Positions 58,040 through 64,000 of a DNA stretch of 64,000 nucleotides are shown piece after piece (position 1 is the stretch's first letter; the number at the start of each line of letters is the position of its first letter). The DNA is taken from positions 3,044-67,043 of IMG/VR virus record IMGVR_UViG_3300025413_000002; one strand, given 5' to 3'. Position numbers and translations under genes: made by a program. This stretch comes from a virus. The notes below the pieces were generated by a model that was given only the letters and a program-made list of their open reading frames with translations, did not search any database and was not told where the DNA came from.

Positions 58040-58927
58040 TTAAAATAAATGCGCCCAAGAATCTTTTTTGATAGTTCCCAACGGCAACTCGACCACATCA
58101 AAGACTGTATCTTTATGGCGAGCAAAGATTAGATTGTTCATCGCATACTTCACACTTTCAGGTGTTATCGAGTAGCCCATGTTCTTCCAATAGTGGCGTT
58201 TGCCAAACTGTTTAATAATAAGTAGGCACGCCTTGTATCGCATCTCGTGGTCATCTGACCCAATCATGGCAAACATACTCTCAACCTGTTCTTTGTTGCG
58301 TAGTGCAATATCGTTTGGTAGCTTGGGTCTAACCTCATTACCATATCTATCGCCCTCACCAAACACACGAACGAACTCAGCATCACTTATTGGTTCACTA
58401 TCGGTCAGCTTAACCATACCCATAAAGAACTTAGTAAACTCTGCATAGTGCTTTCTAACATTGTTAGCTTCTTTGCGATTCACACGATATACATGGTCAG
58501 GCTCTACATTTAAAGGCAACAAGCGACCATTGACCCAGCCAAGCATCAGCCCACTTCCTTGAAAGCGATACTCGCCACCATTGACACCGACTACTAAGTT
58601 TGACTGATTGACCCTACATCTAACTGGCAACACATCTTCAATAAACTGTGCCGTAGTTGAACTGCTCCAACCGCCTGACTTGAGTTCAATATTTCCATCT
58701 GGATGAAAAGTAACAACTGGCGTGCGATAGCATATGCACTCAATCGCTCCGCTTGTTAAGTTCTTAGCCATATAAAACTCGCTAGCCCGATGCCGATGTC
58801 CCAAGGCAATACGCCCACCATTTGCACCACCTCCACGAATAGGCTTAGTGCTTTCGAACTTGGCTAGTGCCTCGTTGTAATTGCGTAGGAATGGTATCCC
58901 TGTGTTTCTTGCGCTTCCGTATCCCAT
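58040..58927 (-). CDS. Hypothetical early protein
   Basis: 295 aa, AGGAG SD, YRTPVVTFHPDG. Confidence 0.75.
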   Translation of the reverse strand: MGYGSARNTGIPFLRNYNEALAKFESTKPIRGGGANGGRIALGHRHRASEFYMAKNLTSGAIECICYRTPVVTFHPDGNIELKSGGWSSSTTAQFIEDVLPVRCRVNQSNLVVGVNGGEYRFQGSGLMLGWVNGRLLPLNVEPDHVYRVNRKEANNVRKHYAEFTKFFMGMVKLTDSEPISDAEFVRVFGEGDRYGNEVRPKLPNDIALRNKEQVESMFAMIGSDDHEMRYKACLLIIKQFGKRHYWKNMGYSITPESVKYAMNNLIFARHKDTVFDVVELPLGTIKKDSWAHLF

Positions 58928-58942
58928 CTCGTTTCTCCTTAG

Positions 58943-59407
58943 TTATCTAACAATGTTAGTTTCGTCTGTCTTAACTTCTATCTCTGTGTTGCGTCTACCC
59001 AATAACCCGCTTGCCTCAAAGCACAATAGCGAACGGCAATAAAACATATCAAAGTCCACATCCTCACCAAAGTTATCCTCCTCGATATCGTCTGTTTCCT
59101 CACCGACTCGATTAAATAACCCTGATATACCCTCGACCCCTTGCATCTGCTCCCATAGCTCGTTCCACGCCATGACCGCATCATAGTCGGGATACCATTT
59201 CCATTGTTGTGCATGGAATACAAACCGCCCACAATCCCACCCAATGCACTTTTGGTCTTGTTCGTTTGACATCATCAACTCATAGAACTTGGATAGCTTG
59301 ATAAGCCCAATCATTTCCTTGAACTTGGCAACACCCTCCTCCCGAGTAGATGGGTAATTAAACGCATCCACGCTAAACCCTCCAGCCACATCACTTCGAT
59401 AGCCCAT
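58943..59407 (-). CDS. Hypothetical early protein
   Basis: MGYRSDV...WKWY...RVGEETDDIE. Confidence 0.75.
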   Translation of the reverse strand: MGYRSDVAGGFSVDAFNYPSTREEGVAKFKEMIGLIKLSKFYELMMSNEQDQKCIGWDCGRFVFHAQQWKWYPDYDAVMAWNELWEQMQGVEGISGLFNRVGEETDDIEEDNFGEDVDFDMFYCRSLLCFEASGLLGRRNTEIEVKTDETNIVR

Positions 59408-61224
59408 TACTGACCCCCTAACTTAGTCGTAAACCCAGCATAAAACGCATCCACATAAGCAATCTCAATAGTCATAAACCCATCCATCTTAAAAGGATTC
59501 CATTCCTTGCCTTCTGCATATCTGACCCATGACTTGAGTGCCTTTTCGTGGATTGTTAATTGTTCATTGGTTAGTTCGCCTTCTTCATAGCTAAGCGTTA
59601 CACCCCAACTACCCCTACTGTTTGCTTTTATATGTTGTTCTTTCGGTATCTTTCTTAGCTCCCAACCCCATAACTTCATATCACTCTCCCTTCGTATTCT
59701 CGTAAACTCGCCTACTCACCCGTAATTAGCTTCTCTTTGCCTTTGAAATACCCCGCAAGAAATGCACCTTGCACAAGATAGCGCCATTGGTGGTAGTCCT
59801 CGCTTATTACTTTCGGGTTATCTGCTGGTGCTTTCATCCACAAGTTCTTATACATATCAGCATTGTTCTGCTCTAGCTGGTTTATAAACTCACGCCACTT
59901 TTGCCCAGCATCATCTTTGATTGTCATTCTCATCTTCCTTTCCCATTTAGCTTCTAGTCGTTTTGTTTTAGTTAGTCCCATTACTCCCCCGCTTTTTCTA
60001 ACATTGTTAGGTTATGTTGTGCGAGCAACTGCCACGCATCTTTACTGACTAGGGAATTACCCCAGTCGCTATCGTCTTGTATCACTTGTAGTGAGTAAGA
60101 TTGAATAGCCGTAATCAGGAACGCTTCTCCCAACGGGTCTAACTTGGCACTCTTTACTATTTTGTCTATCGTTTTCATGCAAACTCCCTTATCCAATCTA
60201 TGTAAACTTCATTCAAACTAAGCCACCTAGCACTACGCTTCCTATCAGGCTTATCTAATGGGTAATTCAATAGCATCTCATCACCCTTGCACCGCACCAA
60301 TACAAAAAACTCAGGCTTATCAGGTTTTCTATATAGTTTTACTACCCTCATGTTGTCCTCTGTTCCTAGCTTAGCTAGTCCGTTTCGGGTTTAACTGCTT
60401 TAACTGGGATAAGTCTGTAATCATCATGTAGTTCGATTTGTTTATGGGTGCAATAGTGAACTTGCGCTTCTTAGCTTCCACATCACCGCACCGCAAACAA
60501 GTCTGATAGCCTAGCACTACACGCCTTGCATCTACTTCCTCACCACACTCACACTCAAAGCCATATAACATTGTTAGTTCCTTTCACTCGTCTGCCTTCG
60601 TAAATTTCAAATAAAACCCAGCCATAAATGCTTCTTGGTAGGCTTTGTTTATGGCTATTTCTACATGACCAGTAAAGCCTTTACCCCACACATTTTCTTT
60701 TTTCCATATGTCCCACTCTCTAGCCATAACCCTACTCATTACTAAATAGTCGTCTGCCATAGTTAATCTCCATAGTTAGTCATAGCTAACTTAAATGCTT
60801 CTAACTCATCATCTGCATAGAGCATCATGTAGTCCCTCATGGTCATACCGCCAAACTTGGCTTGCCACTCGACCCTGTATCTACCCTCACCCTGTTGCAT
60901 AGCTTTGACCTCTAGCACTTTGAAATTGGTATGTAATCTAGGTGTCAAGTTAAGGTCTTTGTTCGGGTTGGGTGTTCGTAGTCGCATATAGGCTCGGGGA
61001 TAAGTAAGGGTTAGTGTTATGTAGTGTGACGAAATAATGTCTGCTATCTAAGCTACGCAATATGGTTGTGGATTCTCCTCTTTCCCATATCTCGTAGGTC
61101 TTACCCTTAATTTTTAGTATGTCCCCAGTTTGCCACTTTATACTCATATCGCACCTCGAATTAAGTTTGCTATAAAAGCTAGTAGGAGTAGCACTAGCAT
61201 GAAATCAAAGAATTTATCTAACAT
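59407..61224 (-). other. Array of small early ORFs (59407-59679, 59712-59981, 59981-60178, 60175-60351, 60371-60571 Zn-finger, 60584-60760, 60763-60987, 60950-61147, 61144-61224)
   Basis: Contiguous coupled ORFs with SDs; CECG...CLRC in the 60371 ORF. Confidence 0.6.
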
Positions 61225-61300
61225 TGTTAGGTTCTCCCTTTCGTTTTGGTTGGTTAGTATTGTTAGGAACTGAATATGTAATGCTCTATCTAATATAACC

Positions 61301-61329
61301 AGTATAGCATAGTGCACCACGAAATACAA
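61301..61329 (-). promoter_or_regulatory. Early promoter TTGTAT-17-TATACT with extended TG
   Basis: Conserved with the 57770 and 62431 promoters. Confidence 0.85.
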
Positions 61330-61363
61330 GTAATCTAGTCATGGTGTGATTAGAGAAAATAGG

Positions 61364-61690
61364 TAATGTTAGGAAAAATGAGGGTAATGTTAGGAGTAAT
61401 GTTAGCAGAAAGTTAGGAATTTGCTAACAATATAAAACCCAATAAACATAAGGCTTTGGTAGGAATGTTAGGAGTAATGTTAGATTGTTAGTAAAATTTA
61501 TATATATATGGCTTCCCCTAGCTTTCTAGCATATGCTTTTCTTCTTTGCACTTGCTGAGAACCTCTGCCAAACTTTTACCCCCATTCATAGGTCAAAAAA
61601 AAGCTAACATTCTAACAATACGCCAAGTCCTTGATTTTAAACGCAAAAAACAAAACGCACCACTAACATTACAAAATATTTCCTAACAAT
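61364..61690. repeat. Array of palindrome half-sites around an AT-rich core (origin-like)
   Basis: AWTGTTAG-type units at about 61364, 61385, 61397, 61463, 61475, 61484; inverted CTAACAWT at 61424, 61604, 61612, 61663, 61683; TA run near 61499-61509; IHF consensus at 61624-61636. Confidence 0.75.
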
Positions 61691-61784
61691 ACAAAATCTA
61701 GGGCTATCAGCACTTCCGTTCTTCCTTTCGGAACTATCACAAAACTATCATAAAATTATTTTTATGGAATCAAAAAGTAAATTG

Positions 61785-61817
61785 GAAAAAGAAAAACCCC
61801 CCAAAGGCGGGGGGTTT
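61785..61817 (-). terminator. Terminator after the first early gene
   Basis: AAACCCCCC...GGGGGGTTT hairpin with an A-rich left flank (U tract on the minus strand). Confidence 0.7.
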
Positions 61818-61850
61818 GAGGAAAACCTAACAGTGTTAGGTTTTTACTTC

Positions 61851-62366
61851 TTACAACATATTTAAATCAACTCCCAACGCTTGCAACGCTTCGCTGATTT
61901 TCTGTTGAGCCTTGACAATCTTAGGGTCTAAGCCTGTCTGTTTGCCATTGAATTTCCACAGGGCGGTCAATTCCTCAATGTTGCGTAGCATTGGACTGCG
62001 GGCATGGATAGCACCTGAACCCTCACCCTCACCCTCTGAACTCTCACCCTCAACGCTTGGAACTTCACCAAACAAACCCAATGCCTTAGCGTTTTCCTTA
62101 CCATCAGCTTGCACCCTTGCCCATACTGTTGAGGGGTTAGAATGTCCCGCTTGCTTCATTGGCTTGTAAAACTCTTGCTTCTCAGCTTTGACTACCTTGC
62201 CCGCTTCGCTAGCGTCTGACCTGTCAATGTCATACCACTTGGCGGGGAACTTACCCTCTACTGCTAGCTGATTGAGTGCTTCAGCATACTTCTTAACTGC
62301 GCCATACTGTCTGCCTACTGCTTCAGCTACTTGGTTGCGTAATGCTACTAGATTGATTGTTGTCAT
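61851..62366 (-). CDS. First early gene, 171-aa hypothetical protein
   Basis: AAGGTG SD, own promoter and terminator. Confidence 0.8.
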   Translation of the reverse strand: MTTINLVALRNQVAEAVGRQYGAVKKYAEALNQLAVEGKFPAKWYDIDRSDASEAGKVVKAEKQEFYKPMKQAGHSNPSTVWARVQADGKENAKALGLFGEVPSVEGESSEGEGEGSGAIHARSPMLRNIEELTALWKFNGKQTGLDPKIVKAQQKISEALQALGVDLNML

Positions 62367-62430
62367 GATGTATTCACCTTATAAACTATTATCTAATTGG
62401 GTAGATAACTAACCCTTACTGCATGATTCA

Positions 62431-62459
62431 AATATAGCAAATCGCACCGCAAAATACAA
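62431..62459 (-). promoter_or_regulatory. Early promoter TTGTAT-17-TATATT with extended TG
   Basis: Third copy of the CTTGTATTT.G.GGTGC promoter. Confidence 0.8.
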
Positions 62460-63058
62460 GTTTGTAGGAAACTAAAAGTAAAAAGTAAAATCTAACATTG
62501 TTAGGTATATCCACGAACCCCCACCCCCAAAAAATAAAACAAGGAATCCTACATCAGCCCATACTCTATAATCCGCGCAACCGATGCCGGTACTTAAGAA
62601 TACCCCCCACCCCCTATTCATTTTGCACCACAAGATACACATCGTGTGTATAGAAACACCCCCCTTGCTCTTTTTGGGTCCCCCGAAAACCCCACCCCCA
62701 TATGTATAAAAAATTGAGAAAAGTGTACATATTAAAAAAACATGTATAAAAAAGTTTCCCGAACGGGAAGAATTGATGAAAAAGTGTGCAAATTTAGGAA
62801 AATATTCCCGAACGGGGTATTTTGTAATAAAAAGTAAGTCGATAGAAACCCTACATAAAGTTAGGGTTCAGTGCTACTAGACAAACTAAATGACTCATTA
62901 ATGAGTCCGTATGTGGGTTAAAGCCTTATTTATGAGTCAACCAAACTGCTAATAGCCCGCACAATATGCATAAAATGTCGACAAAAATGTACATATCCCA
63001 ACAATATGTATACAAAACTGCAAATACTAGACATATTAAAAACCGTCTAGTAACAATA

Positions 63059-63087
63059 TTGCACTGCAACAAAATGTAGCGTATACT
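63059..63087 (+). promoter_or_regulatory. Promoter TTGCAC-17-TATACT overlapped by the TTGCA-C-TGCAA palindrome
   Basis: Boxes at 63059-64 and 63082-87, upstream of an AGGAG SD and ORF. Confidence 0.65.
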
Positions 63088-63139
63088 ACACAAAACCCCA
63101 GAAATGTATAGTATGGGAAACAAAACACAGGAGAAAACC

Positions 63140-63268
63140 ATGTACGACTTTTTTAAACCCCTTGAACTAAACAAAACCTACCAACAAGTAGAAGGCGCCA
63201 TCAAATCTGGATATAACTTTTGGCTAGACGTAGTAGCTGATGCTATCAAGATGTACAAAACTAAGTAA
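63140..63268 (+). CDS. 42-aa amphipathic protein (not in ORF track)
   Basis: AGGAG SD; MYDFFKPLELNKTYQQVEGAIKSGYNFWLDVVADAIKMYKTK. Confidence 0.7.
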   Translation: MYDFFKPLELNKTYQQVEGAIKSGYNFWLDVVADAIKMYKTK

Positions 63269-63276
63269 ACTACACA

Positions 63277-63368
63277 GGGGGCAGTTAAGCCGACACAGAA
63301 GGATGTAGCAAGCTAGGGTTTTTTCGGCTTTCCACTTAGCGTGCAGCAGCTACCAAATTCTTGCCCCC
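63277..63368 (+). ncRNA. Candidate pseudoknotted RNA
   Basis: GGGGGCAG/TTGCCCCC closing stem, GTAGC/GCTAC, GCTAGG/CTTAGC, pseudoknot AAGCCGA/TCGGCTT. Confidence 0.55.
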
Positions 63369-63506
63369 ACACTATTAACTTAAAAATCCCCACTATTAAC
63401 TTATACCTATAGGTAGGAAAACCCCTACCAAATTGATACTTCCAGGTATCAAAAACCCTGCTAAACTAGAAGCTAATCTACTCCCTGAACCGCTGGATGG
63501 AGCTTC

Positions 63507-64000
63507 ATGAACACAATTCAAGTTGACCTAAATAAGTTGCCACCTGACGTTAGGGAGTGGGTTAACTTCGAAATCACGGCATCAAACGCATCTGATATAG
63601 CCGTCAAGTTACTCAATAAAACGCATGTAGTTATGGACGGCATTCGCGTGCATGGGTATTTCTGCAGTGAAACTGAGTCTTTAGTTGTGTCCGGCAAGGC
63701 ACCGGACTGGTTGCAGATAATGGTTCATGAGTCCTGCCACCGTGACCAATACATAGAAAAGGTTCCTTTATGGAACCGAAAAGTCGAGTTAGACGGCGAG
63801 AACTACGACCCACTTAATCTATTTTGGGATTGGCTCAATGGCGCCAGAGAACTAAAACCTCGCAAGCTCAGAGAGGCTATGCTGCATGCGATGCGTCTGG
63901 AGCTAGACTGCGAGATGCGAGCTGCTGCGAAGATTGATACTTTCTATTTGCCGATAAATACAAAAGAATACATCCAGAAGGCCAACGCCTACGTGTACCT
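63507..64000 (+). CDS. HExxH zincin-like protein, 3'-truncated
   Basis: GGAG SD; MNTIQVDL...GYF...MVHESCHRDQ...LELDCE; frame open to the window end. Confidence 0.7.
   Translation, partial: MNTIQVDLNKLPPDVREWVNFEITASNASDIAVKLLNKTHVVMDGIRVHGYFCSETESLVVSGKAPDWLQIMVHESCHRDQYIEKVPLWNRKVELDGENYDPLNLFWDWLNGARELKPRKLREAMLHAMRLELDCEMRAAAKIDTFYLPINTKEYIQKANAYVY

Larger units (their letters stand above)
51266..62504. repeat. Dispersed 13-bp palindrome CTAACANTGTTAG, 15 copies
   Basis: Starts at 51266, 52993, 54595, 55466, 56445, 56984, 57384*, 57703*, 58455, 58947, 59998, 60565*, 61218, 61827, 62492 (* = one terminal mismatch); one outlying near-copy at 38985. Confidence 0.95.

Noticed and set aside
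61225-61329. N-terminal extension of ORF 61144-61329
   Set aside because: It runs through the promoter boxes; the SD supports a start at 61224. Several other track starts were shortened for similar reasons
38573-62169. Plus-strand ORFs in the track overlapping replication and early genes
   Set aside because: Antisense shadows of well-supported minus-strand genes
51266-62504. 13-bp repeats as a CRISPR array
   Set aside because: Repeats are too short, spaced irregularly by hundreds of bp, and embedded in genes; there is no cas operon, and the Cas4-like nuclease is an ordinary phage exonuclease
51266-62504. Identity of the palindrome with matS (GTGACRNYGTCAC)
   Set aside because: Same length and central pattern but 4 of 13 positions differ, and there is no evidence the host has MatP; kept only as an analogy
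62926-63174. 82-aa hydrophobic minus-strand ORF
   Set aside because: Arises from A-tract-rich non-coding DNA and overlaps a better supported + strand promoter and ORF
1-64000. tRNA, integrase, terminase or phage RNA polymerase genes
   Set aside because: No cloverleaf or diagnostic motifs recognised by eye; the terminase probably lies outside the window, upstream of the portal

Overview
The window is most of the genome of a tailed dsDNA phage with podovirus-like gene order. The host is probably a freshwater betaproteobacterium, which is inference only. The + strand from 1 to 38003 holds the virion module: portal (5'-truncated), GroES, scaffold, Mu gpT-like major capsid protein, small basic proteins, adaptors, two paralogous fibre cassettes, holin/spanin/GH19 lysin, nozzle and ejection proteins. 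The - strand from 38092 to 62366 holds replication and early genes: primase-DUF927, SSB-like protein, SNF2 helicase, Cas4-like nuclease, sigma70 region 4 protein, family A polymerase, VRR-NUC, AAA ATPase with a VWA partner, and many small ORFs. A divergent non-coding region follows, then the start of another + strand unit. No terminase, integrase, tRNA or CRISPR array was seen. The strongest unexplained signal is an ~11 kb early domain (about 51.3-62.6 kb). It carries 15 copies of the 13-bp palindrome CTAACANTGTTAG on start codons, inside genes and beside promoters. By eye it also lacks GTAC, ACGT, GGCC, CCGG, CGCG and GCWGC, which are common elsewhere. It is bounded on the left by a multi-pseudoknot element and contains an iteron-like array of half-sites near its right end. 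Together these suggest a protected, first-injected DNA segment with its own binding protein. Other candidates are three structured RNAs, a 50-aa sigma-4.2-like peptide missed by the ORF track, a PhaR-box-like promoter driving a 42-aa amphipathic ORF, and shared peptide motifs in putative capsid-internal proteins. All motif counts were made by eye and need computational confirmation.
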